A DNA stretch of 62,962 nt, counting the filler, from Lenisia limosa (Eukaryota > Protista > Breviatea), in assembly GCA_001655205.1 (NCBI GenBank). It is 7 parts of 7 records of this genome, joined end to end, with 100 filler letters (N's around TTAATTAATTAA, not from the genome) between each part and the next. Parts side by side here need not be neighbours in the genome. Positions count along the whole stretch, not along the records: positions 27,905 to 41,935 come from LPNZ01008092.1; positions 42,036 to 49,367 come from LPNZ01007300.1; positions 49,468 to 53,060 come from LPNZ01006135.1; positions 53,161 to 55,493 come from LPNZ01004408.1; positions 55,594 to 57,649 come from LPNZ01000270.1; positions 57,750 to 62,962 come from LPNZ01003041.1; 1 more part is not named here. One strand, written 5' to 3'. The notes beneath the pieces are model-generated. The model was not told the origin of the DNA and made no database searches. It saw nothing but the letters and a program-made list of their open reading frames with translations. Made by a program: the position numbers and the translations under genes. Shown in pieces: positions 39,501-57,859 of the stretch. Each line of letters opens with the position of its first letter. Position 1 is the first letter of the stretch.

Positions 39501-42029
39501 GGCCTGCGAGGTGATGAGCAGGATGATGAAGAATACTAATAGGTAGGTGAATGGATGGTGTAATACATAATCAAAAACCCATGATGATAAAAGGAAACAT
39601 TTGCACACAGTGTTTATTCGTTTTAGTATTGCATTGCATTTCAAGATATAAGGAAGAATCACCGCCTTAACAAGAGTATCAGCAGGATACTAGGAGATAT
39701 AATTACTATGAAGAGGAGAGAAGTATTAAAGGGAGTATCTGGTCGAAACGTTCAGACATTCGATATATTCATCAGACCTTGTTTTTAGCCTCCCTTTTAG
39801 CAACTTCATCATTCAGCTGTATGCGACAGGCGTGTCGTATTCTCTCAATCTTTTCTTCGTGTTCCTGCATGTGGTTAGAATTACCTTCGACTCGTAAGTT
39901 GGCGTATCACTCTGGATAAGGGGCAACATATAATTGAAACATAGGAGAATACGGAACCCTCACAAACTTTCTGCATTCCAACAATTCTGTGCGAAACATG
40001 CTCATAGAGTGTTACCAACTAAATGGTCATACAGCAACGGCTAAAATGCCATGTTAACGTAAGGGATAATATGATATTGTTAATGTCACAACATGTCTCC
40101 TAACAAGAGTTTCACTCTGGTCCAAAAAACCGGGTAGAATCTCGAGTTCTTGATTTATCGAGAAATTTAGCCTTTTCAGAGAGAAGTGAAGTTACTTCCT
40201 TACACCAACCTGATCTCTAAGGGTGACGTCTTCCTGCTTTTGGATTTCCTCCAGCTTTTCTCGGATGTCTTGCTTAGCCTGGTGCACGTTCTGTAGACAT
40301 TATTCGGGTCCAAACACTGTCACTAGTACTCCGTGGACTACATATTTTGAAAATATTAATTGACACAATTTCTCATGAAAGAGTCTGAAATGCTCAAATT
40401 ATTGAATGAATTTCCCAATTAACAGCAGGGTTGTACACATTTTTAACCAATCAAAAATGGGATACAAAGTAAAAAGAAGACCACAATTGCAAAAAGCAGC
40501 TCCCATTATTTATTGATCATTGGTGCTCTTCTCTGACGTCGCATAGCCTTGAAAAATCCCACCGTCGAAAGCTGGGAAATGGACTGTTCCACCTCTTTCA
40601 AAGCAGCAAAGTTGCTGGTGTCGGTGTTGACTGCGACGTCTCGATGCCTTTTCGAGAAACTGGGGGGGGGGGNNNNNNNNNNNNNNNNNNNNNNNNNNNN
40701 NNNNNNNNNNNNNNNNNNNNNNNNNNNNNNNNNNNNNNNNNNNNNNNNNNNNNNNNNTCTCCCCCCCCCCTCTCATACATTGGAATAGACTCAGGGGAGG
40801 GCTCTTCGACATTCGAATTGTAGTACACGGGGTTCCTTGCCTTCGAGGGTAACAGAAAGCGTACCAGTCTCTAACACACCACTTCTTTATCTCAATTAAA
40901 CATTAACAACATACACAATATCATATATTTAATCTTAACGATAGGTTCTGATATTTACCCCCACATCAACACTGATGCTCGAAGACAGCCGTCGTTCGCC
41001 TGAGCCGTGCCTGTCGTGTCAAAACGTAAGCTCCAGGCCAAGGTAAAGAAGCGATTAAAACAAAAAAAAATATCATGCAATAAAAAGGAGGTATCTTTCT
41101 GTGATAGTTTAAGGTAAATTCACCCAGTCATTTTTCTTACAACTCCGTGCAAACAATTCTACCCAGCATCCATACTAGGATTAGATTTATGAATTTGGGC
41201 AGATTCCCCGAAATAAGAAAGCAGGTAGGCCCTCCAACACCCTTTAATGCCAAGGATTAGGTATCAAAAAAATAAAAACCGATGACAAACACATTCTTTT
41301 AACATAATGAGCTATCCACAATCCAATACTCTTATAAACTGATCAAACTGGGCAAAACACAGTTCTCCACCGCCACCTGAGGGGAGACCCTTGACGCTGA
41401 TACATGGCAGTTTCAGAAGAAACGTCTTTTCCAATTGCTCACGCCTAGGTAGCTTCTGGTTGATTGAGATGGCTGTAGGAGTTGAGCTAGGAAGTATATA
41501 ACATAGTGTAGAAACGCCTGATAGAGATGAGTCAAAGTAGTAAATGTCTTTTGATTGTCATAGTGCTAATTATTATCAAACATTTCGGTTGTTGAAAGGA
41601 GAAATAGCAAAGAGGTTGCTTTTGGCTCCCAAACAATTAGGTTTATAAGAGATATTGACAGAGTTCGAGGCGAACCTTTATCTTTATAATTTATAAACTC
41701 TATCTTCTAAATGCTGTTTTAGAAACACTATATGTTATAAATATAACAAATTACCGTATCAATTCGTCCTCAAATAGCACTTTGTATTCGGGTGAGACCA
41801 GAGAAAGAGTTGCAAATATATGTTATGATACAGAGAGAGGCAAACTAATTTTACACACCATCGTACAAACTATCAGCTCCGAACAAACTCCTAGGCTAAA
41901 ACCCAGCTGCGAGAGTAAATGAAACCTATTTGGCTNNNNNNNNNNNNNNNNNNNNNNNNNNNNNNNNNNNNNNNNNNNNTTAATTAATTAANNNNNNNNN
42001 NNNNNNNNNNNNNNNNNNNNNNNNNNNNN

Positions 42030-45000
42030 NNNNNNGACGGAGTCTTTCAGCTGCTTTAATCGCTGTGGTCCTGGGTTGTGAGGATGAGAGATTGTTGGTT
42101 ACATTGCCCAGTAGAACTTACTGATGAGGTGGTTTCTAAAATGGATGCTTCTTCTGAAGGCTTCATCTTTTTGTCATATACTAGTTGGACAGGATTTATG
42201 AAGAAATTCAGAAAAAAATAATCAATGTGAAACAGTAGATGTTATATGATATATGATATATATATATATATATATATTACTACTTTTGTTATTGTAATAA
42301 TTAAAGCTGCACTTTCGGTCCTAAATAACACTGAATCCTCGATAAATTCTCGATATTTTGTCAGTCTGTTGGCCGAAAGTGAAGCTCAAGTAATAATCCA
42401 TATTGTTTCACTTCCGGTTCCTAACAAGACTAAAAATTCTCAATAATTTTTCAATATCATGTTGTACATGACTGTTTGATTCCCAAGTGAAGCTCTAGTA
42501 TACTACATTGCTACTTGGCATTTCCTCAATCACCTCAGATGGAGTTCCAGCCCCTGAAGAGCCCTTTATTAACTCGGTGCTTGTCAGTGCCGGCGACCAA
42601 GTGATCTCAATTCATGGTGAGATTTGCTATTTTTACCAGACTACACAACACATGTATCCATCTACATCTAAAAAGATGTGATGTTGTAAATTCACCTCTA
42701 TTGGGGTTTTCTGTTGAGAATACTTGCATTTTTTTTCACAGAAAATAAGACGTGCTCGCATCAAGCTTGAATTTCTTGGAAAAGCATGCTTAATTAGTTT
42801 CCACATAATTGCTCTTTTGGGACTAGAAGAAGCTGAGGTGACAATCAAGGTGAACATTTTGTCTCCCCCGCCATTGCAACCTTCCGCAGCCCAAGTACCA
42901 ATACTCCCTTCAGCTTCGTGTGCATTGTTGAGGTAAGAGGAGTGGGAAGCATGCTGCTTCCAGTAAAAATAATGATGAAGGAAAATGGTTCAGACTTAAA
43001 ACATTCAAAACAATTTGAACTTATAAATAATTATAACTGATTAAGACGGTAACTTGCTTTCACACACTTTCTGTTGGGAAGGGGGTATTCATTTTACACT
43101 TATAATATACCGTAGCCTATAGCTGACACCAAATTTTCTGTTTCATCATTACAGATTTTTCGATATGTGATTCAAATCCCTCTTGGATACGCATACAGCG
43201 TCTTTGTTTGATTTACTCTGTAGAGCGAGAAGGAACTGCTTTGTTCAGGCGCAAATATTGGCCTGGTGTGGGGGCAACAAGCTGAGTGCGTCATATGAGC
43301 AAGATATCATACATTACAGTAATACAATATTTGAGATAAAATTATTACAGATGTATAACTGAATATTGGTCTGATATAATTCTAACAGCTCAATATCATG
43401 GCAATATCTTGTTTTTTCATTTATCATTTAGATCACCTCCACTATGGCGTTTTCAGCAACCACCTTCGCTGGGTCTCCCATTTTTTCTTCTACAAAATAT
43501 GGTAGGCTTCTTTTGGGCAGAATTGCTATGAATGGCTTATCCTGTATGATGATTTGGTATCTGCTGCTCCGTATGATATCTCCTATGATACGCGGAAAGC
43601 TGTATGCAGAGTTGTACGGACAATTGTGTATATTTTAATCCAATATTCTTTTGATGGCATGGAAGGCTTCAGCCAGATACTACCTTGTTTCAGTTCTCAT
43701 TACATAGTATATGGTCCCCCCCCCCCCCAAANNNNNNNNNNNNNNNNNNNNNNNNNNNNNNNNNNNNNNNNNNNNNNNNNNNNNNNNNNNNNNNNNNNNN
43801 NNNNNNNNNNNNNNNNNNNNNNNNNNNNNNNNNNNNNNNNNAAAGAGTATACGACACATTATGGAGGGGGTAGCCTAACTAGAGGTATCAAAACTAAATA
43901 ATATACAATAAAATTGTTGCTCTTTGCTCTTCCGTTTGTGTAGCCCTCTTTTACCACGCCTAACATTGGTATATATTTGTGCGACCATCCCCTCACATTG
44001 AAATGCTGTTTATTTGTACGACCATCCCCTCAACATTGAAATGCTGTTTATTTGTACGATAATTGGAAGGACTAAATCTTTGGAAACAAATAAATACAAT
44101 GGGAAATTAATGTAGTAAAACTATACTGTTAGTGTTTAACACTCCCAAAAATATCGTTACTATTAAACAAATTCTTTATTAATTTCGAAGTTTTTGTTTC
44201 TTTTTAAACGTTTCGTCAATTTTGATTCAACTTCCTGGGCGATTTTCCCAATCATTTCTCTGATGCCACAACATAACTGTGTCCGGACGGAACATAGAGT
44301 CTAAAACAATACAGTGATTGAGGCGTCTGCATAGCTATCCGCTATAACGGCCATGCGCCCAATATTCAGAAACCAAGTGGTTTGTAGACAAGTGAATGGC
44401 TACTTTGGAAAGGTGATACTTCAAAAGATACCCTCTTCTGTCAACTCTCCATTGCCAAGGATAGTATGGAGACAGCTTAACTTTAACACCGTATAATGGT
44501 CATCCTTTTGAGCGCACTTCATTCAACGAATGGGTTTCAGGAACAGTTCTGATACATTGGATACAACTGTATTCATTCGTTTTGTTTTGTTGTTGTTTGG
44601 ATTATTGCTGTAATTGTTGTTGTTATTTTTATTATTGCTGCAGCTTTTGTTAATAATATTGTTTCTTTGTCTTATTAATATAATATTACATTATTATTGG
44701 GGTGGGGGGTTACATTGTTTCAGTACGAGGTTGAACATGCATGTATGTAGTTATTTTTTTATTTTTTTGACCCCTCAGCGGCTTTGGCAGTGATGACTTA
44801 CACGTGGGCAGTACAAGGAGCATGGATCGGGGATGTGTTCACCAACTTCACAATACCAATCAATGGGACCATTACGAACATCAGGTTGGAGATGGGAGAG
44901 GGGATTAAATGGTTGATATATTGATCATGCAATTCTGTATAAGAGGGCTTCACACCTGAACAAAAGAGATTTGTATCATTTGTGTATCATATTTTGAAAT

Positions 45001-45900
45001 TGATCTTTTTTTTTTAAGAAGTACATAATTTGGTTTACCTTATAGGTTGAACCATATATCCGGGACCATGAACGGTACTCCCGGTGCCTACGCATCATCT
45101 TGTAAGTTATTTATTTTGCTGCGTTTTGTTATTACGTTACGGTGTGAGCAGCTTTGGCCGGATCTGCCCCCCCCCCTTTTTTTGCTTCTTATTATTTTTT
45201 ACATATTAAAATTAAAACATATAGGTTTTGAAATACTATCATAGGCTTTATTTTTCTTGTCCTTTACCTTATTTGCGCATTTTCTACTTTCTCCAATTTC
45301 TATTTTTTTTNNNNNNNNNNNNNNNNNNNNNNNNNNNNNNNNNNNNNNNNNNNNNNNNNNNNNNNNNNNNNNNNNNNNNNNNNNNNNNNNNNNNNNNNNN
45401 NNNNNNNNNNNNNNNNNNNNNNNNNNNNNNNNNNNNNNNNNNNNNNNNNNAGTCTGTTTTCTGAATTCACACGGGTCGGAGATGTTGGCGAAGTCCTTGC
45501 CTGAAGTTTGCAAACGCCAAGAAAATGATGACACTGTGATAAATTCACCTCTGCCATACAGCCCTCCTCAAACATAGACGAAATCATGAGGGTATATCAG
45601 GTTTTAAATGGAAGCCATTAACGGCAGCATAAAAGGATTCTCTGTTAAGTATTGGAGTGTGCCCCACTGACTTCAGCCCGCAACACTCCGAGCAAAGAAT
45701 AAAGTCGTTTTCGAGCTGAATGAGCATCTAGAATATAAAAGATACATTAAAAAAAACGGCATATACCTTGGGAATATTGTGGTCTTCTTGTCCGCCACGG
45801 GAAGGTGAGAGGGCGTGTGGGAAAGAGGACGCTTCTTTCGCCAGATAGGCTCATAGCTTTCCTCGGAACCTGGGTCCGACTAGGAGGGATGGGCATTCAA
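42030..45900 (+). CDS. Unidentified multi-exon gene, possibly a secreted or surface protein (fragmentary)
   Basis: Short exon-like blocks bounded by ag/gt (e.g. DGVPAPEEPFINSVLVSAGDQVISIHG; ALAVMTYTWAVQGAWIGDVFTNFTIPINGTITNI). No family recognised. Confidence 0.3.
42302..42389. mobile_element. hAT-type MITE (family A), diverged
   Basis: Eroded TIRs; 8-bp TSD gtaataat on both sides. Confidence 0.8.
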
Positions 45901-46361
45901 GCATCTCTTTCGGATGATTTCTTGTTAGGTGAGAAGTGGAACTGAAAACACTCACCAGTTTCCGGAACAACAGTCCGTAATAGAACTATAATCAGAAACG
46001 TCACTCTGAAAAATTATTAGCTTTCCAATCACGAGGTTAATGCGTTGACCTGTTGCTGGTCCTCTCTCAAATATTTTTGGAGACAAAATCAAAAACAACA
46101 AAAAAATAACTGAACCAATTTGGCTTTTTATACTTTCATTGTCTTTTATACTTTCACTCTCTGAATCCTAACTTATTATTTTGTTGTTATGAATAGTACG
46201 CCAAGCCTCTCTAACTCTTTAGATGGAGTTTTCATTGTAGCACGACACTACTCCCGGGACCTCGCTGACGTTGTTCTCCCTTTTAATTTGGTGGGTATTG
46301 ATATGATTCGAGTATTTTCGAAATTCAATCCCTTTCACAAAGAGCGGTCAAGCCCTATGAA

Positions 46362-46462
46362 TAGAGCTTCACTTTGGTTCGAAAAAAGACTGAATTCTTC
46401 GATAAATCCTCAAAAACTATCGATATTTGAACGGTATTTTTTCGAACCGAAGTGAAGCCCTA
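46362..46462. mobile_element. hAT-type MITE (family A)
   Basis: tagagcttcactttggttcgaaaaaagac ... ttcgaaccgaagtgaagcccta; abuts the end of an older copy. Confidence 0.85.
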
Positions 46463-47236
46463 TGAATTACATTTTAGGCGAAGTTATGGGTGTATCCTCT
46501 CGTGCCGCCAATTACGACCGATGACGTGTCAATCAGGAAAATGATGAATGTTGACATGGTTGGTCTTCCGTCTGGAATTAGCAATGGAATGAGGATCAGA
46601 GGCTTCCATTGTGATTTGATAATACCTACCCAATGTCTTTTTTATTATTAATGATATGCCCTTATCATGATGATCTCATTTGTGTTGTTCAATATCACCT
46701 GCCTTGTAACCCACCCAATTCTCCCGATACCCTGGGACACGCAATTCTCATCTCTCAGACAGCGAATGGGCTGCAAGTCGAGCAAGGTGAACTGCATACC
46801 TTCGGTAACATTGAAGACTACTACAACTATTCGGGTTGGGCCTTGTGGTTGCAAATTAAAACTTGATTTGAAATTAATCCGCCTTGGAATACACTCGATA
46901 AAGTTCGATATGTTATTCTCTTCTTTTTTGGAACTGAAAGTGCTGTTGTGGTTCGGGGTTGGCGACTCCAACACAATTGGGATATACGAACGGAGAATAC
47001 TGATTCAGCTCTATCACTTATGCTGATCATTCACTCATCAATAACTTTAAAGTCACTTTGGGGAGGGGTAAATGATCAGTTTTTATCAACATTTATTTCA
47101 ATGGTTTTTCTCTGTTATTTTTTTTAACCGCATGTATTGACCCCTTACAGCTACAGCAAATAATTAGCCAACATAGTTATTTGATTTTTGTTTTTGTTTG
47201 TTTAGTTTTGTGTTTGTTTTGTTTTGTAAATTTTCC

Positions 47237-47316
47237 ATGGGATGGGACTGGTTTGGGATTTGCTTGTTTTGTTGTTATCAACCCTCGTGTCAACCAACAG
47301 ATTTGCTTTTGGGCTT
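47237..47316 (+). repeat. Family B dispersed repeat
   Basis: atgggatgggactggtttggg..aaccctcgtgtcaaccaacag matches the family B pattern. Confidence 0.75.
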
Positions 47317-47798
47317 CTTTTTTTTTTTTATTTCATACATTTCCATTTTNNNNNNNNNNNNNNNNNNNNNNNNNNNNNNNNNNNNNNNNNNNNNNNNNNN
47401 NNNNNNNNCTCTTATTTGCTGTTTTCAGCTATCAAATTTTTTTGTTCTTGTTCTGTTTTGGTTCTAAGATTTCAATTTTTAGTCCTATGCAATGACCAAA
47501 TCGATCCTTGGCTCAATTCTAAAAACTACCAACTCATATAATTGTGGACATAGGACATAATCAGCATTTATGAAAGGAATTTACTAAAAAGGACGAAACC
47601 ATGTGAAACCATGAATTTACTGAATTTTTCAAAATCTTTCATTTTTAATTGCAAAGGAACTCAAACACATAAATTGTCATCATATTGATTAAGTTGGATA
47701 AAATAACAACAACAAATGGTATAAAATGAAAAAAAAAAAGAAAAAAATTCAAAAATAGAAAAAACAAGTGTGAATTATAAAAATAAAATAAAAAAAAC

Positions 47799-47871
47799 AG
47801 CCAACAATGAGAATCGAACTCATGGCCTTATGCTTACGAAGCACACGCTCTACCATCTGAGCTATGCTGGC
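47799..47871 (-). tRNA. tRNA-Thr(CGT), 73 nt, intronless
   Basis: GCCAGCATAGCTCAGATGGTAGAGCGTGTGCTTCGTAAGCATAAGGCCATGAGTTCGATTCTCATTGTTGGCT folds as a cloverleaf; anticodon CGT; GTTCGA T-loop; T-rich run downstream on the coding strand. Confidence 0.95.
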
Positions 47872-48259
47872 ATATCTGCTTAAGTTTTGCCAATTCAAAT
47901 CCTTAGATAATCTTATTTGGCTCCGGCGGCGGAATTTCCCCTTTTTGAAAATGTCGGAAGATCGGTTGTTCCTTTGCCTTTGTGCAATAATTAGGTGAAA
48001 TGTTAGTATCATTATTACAGGGAATAGTTTCTCCCATAGAAGGAACTTGGGTTACTGTTGCCTCCCTATTAGGTTTATCATACACTCTATGCGCGCTACT
48101 GACAGGAAACTACACAGGAAGTTTGTTTAGTTTTCAAAAATACCAAATTAACTGTTTAGAAAAGACTCCCAAAGGAATCTGGGCGATTAATAACCTACTA
48201 GCAGCAGTCTGAGTGGTTTTGAATATGTTTTGATTAAATATTAACATAATGGGTCCCAT

Positions 48260-53350
<5,091 letters not shown>

Positions 53351-53924
53351 GGGGGGGGGGTAAAATGGGAAAATGTCAAACAAAAAATCCCAAATTAACT
53401 CTGTTGACANNNNNNNNNNNNNNNNNNNNNNNNNNNNNNNNNNNNNNNNNNNNNNNNNNNNNNNNNNNNNNNNNNNNNNNNNNNNNNNNNNNNNNNNNNN
53501 NNNNNNNNNNNNNNNNNNNNNNNNNNNNNNNNNNNNNNNNNNNNNNNNNNNNNNNNNNNNNNNNNNNNNNNNNNNNNNNNNNNNNNNNNNNNNNNNNNNN
53601 NNGAGAAACAAGCCACTCAACCGTAACAAGAGAAACAAGGCCTCCACCGATATACTTTTTTAAAAAATAGATATCATATGATATATTATAGATATAAAAA
53701 TAGCAAAAATGTATAATGTGATATTGATTACTGATTCCCACCCGTAACAAGGGAAACAAGGACGCGCGCGGCGACCTCAGGAGCCAGGGCCTCCATGACG
53801 GAATTGACGTGGACATTGAGGGAGGTGGTGAGGCGGTCGAGAGGGGTCAGACCGGGTCGACCAACGCGTGTTCGGTCGCTGGGGAGGGGGTGAATATGGA
53901 ATGTTTATGTAATATATGTCACAA

Positions 53925-54156
53925 AAAAAACCCGACATCAAAGGATAGATTTAAGAAACCCGACATCAAAGAACAGATTTAAGAAACCCGACATCAAAGA
54001 ATAGATTTAAGAAACCCGACATCAAAGAATAGATTTAAGAAACCCGACATCAAAGAAAAAATTTAAGAAACCCGACATCAAAGAACAGGTTTAAGAAACC
54101 CGATATCAAAGAACAGATTTAAGAAACCCGACATCAAAGAAAAGATTTAAGAAACC
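53925..54156. repeat. 28-bp tandem minisatellite, ~8 units
   Basis: Unit AAGAAACCCGACATCAAAGAA(T/C/A)AGATTT repeated head-to-tail without spacers. Confidence 0.95.
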
Positions 54157-55904
54157 ATTTAAGAAACAACAAAAGCACTTCAAATATAAACTCAAATAGT
54201 GATGGGAGAGTAGCACCAATAATTAAGAACAAAAACACACATCACACATCAACATATCAACATCATAGTGATAGTACCGCAGTCATTAAAAACAGCCCCC
54301 CACTTGAACTTGGCAGCCTCGCGGGTTTGGAGAGCAATGGTGATAGGGGGGAAAGAGGTCTTAGTGCCCACTGCCGTCTATTTGGGTCAACGGACAATAC
54401 ATTAGGACGAATCAAGTATCGTTGAAAACGGCAAACATAAAGTGAAACAGGGTTGCATCCCCTGCACAGTAGAGAATTAGGTTACACACTATATGCGCAT
54501 CATTTCATTCAATTGTATTTTGTATGTGAAAGCTCATGTAGGGGGCGTAGTAAATAAACTGAGGAGGCTTACCTTCAATTCGACCTTATCGGGGGCAACG
54601 GAGGCTGTACCAATGACAAAGACTGGCTCGGGACCTGGGCGATTTACGGCCAATTAGTGCGAATTATGGACAAGGAAATAGGCTTAGACGAAGAGGAATA
54701 AGCATGACGGTCAGACGTTGTCAGGTCTCCGGTATCGGCAAAATACACAATACATGGAGAAACACACTAGATTTAACGAGGTCCGTTCTGCCCCTGATAA
54801 AAAAAGTAACACATTGATATTCGTATTCCTCTAGTCTTTGCCTGACCGAAGTGAAGCCCTACTCATAAACAGGGGTTTGGCTCTTTGGTCTCTCCAAGTA
54901 TTATATTACTTTCATTTCAAATATTATATCATATATCGACATGTACATGCACATATAAAACACCCGAATACCCCACCCCACCGGAAGGCAAAAGCGAGAC
55001 AACAGGTGTGACCAAACTTGTGAGAAGTTTCTGATTGGTTTCCTGTGAGGAGTCAGGTTTTGCATTCTCAATTTGAGGGCTCCTCCAAGGTTATGAAGAG
55101 AACTTTCACAGATTTCACGGGTTTCAAAAACAAGTCAAAACGAAAGATAACCCCCAGACCTCAGGATCTTTGAGCATGTTTACAGGGGGGACGATATCAT
55201 CAATGATTAGCACAACGGTGTCGGCTGGTTTTGGGTCTGTAGAAGATTAAAGAAGCTTTTGGTTCTTTGGTGAAGGCACAAATAACAGTAACGGTGAAAC
55301 ATATAGTCTCCGAAAAAGACCTCAAATATCAGGGTTTATCGAGGATTTATTGAGGATTTATCAAAAATATGAATCCAAAACACAGTGCAACTGTTTAAGC
55401 ACCCCTCTCCCACCAGAAGCGAAGGTAGGGTACTTCTGGAAGAAGGTTCCATACCAATCATCGCTGCCTACGAGTCAGTGAGTAGTGGACATGNNNNNNN
55501 NNNNNNNNNNNNNNNNNNNNNNNNNNNNNNNNNNNNNTTAATTAATTAANNNNNNNNNNNNNNNNNNNNNNNNNNNNNNNNNNNNNNNNNNNNAGCCGGC
55601 ACACTTGAGCTGTCTGCTATCCTGACGCCTCTTCGCGTGGCGCTCAGCCAGGCCGCCCTGGCGTCTGTCATGGCTGTTTCTATCCAACCGTCCGTCGTGT
55701 CTCCCTATGAACAAGGTCAGGCCTGGTTTTAGCAAGAAATAATATGTAATTTGTTAAATAGCTAGGGGACAAATAAGACAATGGGATCCCATAATCTGAC
55801 GAAGGCTTCACTTACAGTTTCTATATTTCACTCCCACCCCGTGTGTTCATTCTAGGCCAACAGAGTTGGTTTTAGGTAAATTTTGTTTCAAAAATCCATT
55901 TTTA

Positions 55905-56020
55905 CTGATGGGATGCGGTGCTGCCGAAGCGACTGGCCTGGGCTTTGTTTGTTGTTGTTGTTGCTGTCTACCCTCGTATGTTTTCAGCCAACAGAGTTGA
56001 TTTTTGGGCTTTTTTTGTTT
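55905..56020 (+). repeat. Family B dispersed repeat, most complete copy (~115 bp)
   Basis: ctgatgggatgcggtgctgccgaagcgactggcctgggctttgtttgttg..ccctcgtatg..gccaacagagttgatttttgggc. Related copies at 24157, 25411, 26555(rc), 34006, 47237, 49318, 58053(rc), 59300(rc). Confidence 0.85.
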
Positions 56021-56043
56021 TCATTCCCCCCCTTTAGTCCCAG

Positions 56044-57450
56044 ACGAGGCCCTCAGCATCACAATGCGTGATAATGACGGTGGCATCCCCATGATCTACA
56101 AGAAAATGGGACCTGCTTTGACCCCGCAAGAGTAAGTGGGAGTTTTTTTGGAGTAAATGAGAGTGTTTGTGCTAACCAGCTAACCTCCTGCAGATATGGA
56201 ATTGTGTCGGCCTATACACTGCGTTTGGAGTCCCTCCTGACATGCGAAAACACCTGGACTGTCAAGGCTGAACTGCCTGGGTTGGAGTACACCCAAAACC
56301 CTGAGGTGGGGGTGAATTAATGGGACTGACCGGGGTAATTGAGCGGTTGATTCTATTATTGAGCGGTTGATTTAAGAACTTGGATGATAGTCCCTCCCCT
56401 TCACCCTTCTCCCCCACCAAAACAGGCCGCTTGTTGGCATCGGTTCACTCTTGCGCTTGAAGTGTGTCATGCCGTCTTAAGGTGGCAAGGGGGTGTAGTC
56501 TGAGTTTGTATAAATTGATACTTTTTTTGAAGTAAAAAGGGATCTTGTCTATTTTGGAGAATAAAGTAGTGACTGGACACGATGACACAAAAATAGCAAC
56601 TCTGTTCCCAAATTCTAATAGTCCTTTTAAACTAGTTGCCGAAAGAGTGTTGCCTAGATGAGAAAGGATTTTACAACAGGAAATCCAAACAAAGACCTAC
56701 CACAAAGACTATATAATCGATTCTTCCAACCCTCTCAAGGTCTGCATGAAGAATTTCTGATACTGTCTAGTGGAAAGGTCAACTCTCCTGAAGGCCTATC
56801 CAAATATGATATTAATAATACATGACTTCAATTCGATATAAAACCTCATTACAACACAACTCCGAGAATTGCCCACACCGGATTGAGAAGATGCAAGAGG
56901 CTCTGTTTTAGCTTCAGAAATAATTCTTGTTAGCCTATGAAAGCCAGAATTGAGGACAAAAGCTGTAAAAACTTTTACTCTACTCAGTTTGACTGTTTTT
57001 TGACTTTGTTGTATATAATATATCGATATATCTATAATATGCTTCTACAACTCCTCATGATTTCTAGGGGACTGAATGGAATAACTATTCACAAACGACA
57101 CCCAAAGCAACACTTCTATTCTCTTTTTTTTTATGTATAGACACCCCACGTTGACAACTTTAGATCGGCCATCTCCTATTGGGCCCCTGTCGCGATTCCA
57201 TTCTACTCAGCATCGCAGTCCAAGGTGAGGAGGGGAGTCGATATGATTTGGACTTCCCGAAAAAGACCGTCAAAATATCTCTATGTTGAAGGATTTTTCG
57301 AGAAATTCTGTCTTTTTTTGGGACCGTAGGGAAGCCCTAGATATGATCCATCCGAAGGTGAAGTTTCATTGTCACCCTTCAGATCTACTCAGACCCCACG
57401 GCTTCACTCCGAACTACACTCAGACAGAAATACGGTTTTTCATCTTCCTC
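56044..57450 (+). CDS. Unidentified multi-exon gene (fragmentary)
   Basis: Exon-like blocks with canonical sites: ..MIYKKMGPALTPQE|YGIVSAYTLRLESLLTCENTWTVKAELPGLE; TPHVDNFRSAISYWAPVAIPFYSASQSK|gtgag. Confidence 0.3.
57248..57339. mobile_element. hAT-type MITE (family A)
   Basis: Ends gaagcccta; 8-bp TSD gatatgat at 57240-57247 and 57340-57347. Confidence 0.85.
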
Positions 57451-57859
57451 TGCCGAAGCAGTTGTTGTTAATAATGGTGGGATTTTGGTATACTGTGAAA
57501 TGATGCTGCATACATATATAGACTAGAGCAGTATGAATTACACACAATCTACAACTTTATTCTTCTTGTTATTGTACATAAAAATTCAAACTTCCTTCTA
57601 TTTATTATTTTTATGGTGTGGAGGTGACTCGTAATTGAGTTTTGTTCACNNNNNNNNNNNNNNNNNNNNNNNNNNNNNNNNNNNNNNNNNNNNTTAATTA
57701 ATTAANNNNNNNNNNNNNNNNNNNNNNNNNNNNNNNNNNNNNNNNNNNNGGGGGGGGGGGTGAGGTATGGGTATTGCTAGTCGAGATGAACAAGAAGAAA
57801 GAAGAGAGAAGAAAAACAAGAAGAGAGAGAAGAAAAAAGAAAGAAGAAGAAGCGCTGTG

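Noticed and set aside
37400-41500. Fragmentary minus-strand ORFs
   Set aside because: Could not assemble a consistent spliced model or recognise a family; interrupted by gaps.
53925-54156. CRISPR-like periodicity
   Set aside because: Units are contiguous with no unique spacers, in a eukaryotic context with no cas genes.
55917-55931. Family B reverse complement contains TCGCTTCGGCAGCAC, as in the 5' stem-loop of vertebrate U6 snRNA
   Set aside because: Only 15 nt; the pairing 5' arm and the ACAGAGA box are absent, so not a U6 gene and probably coincidence.
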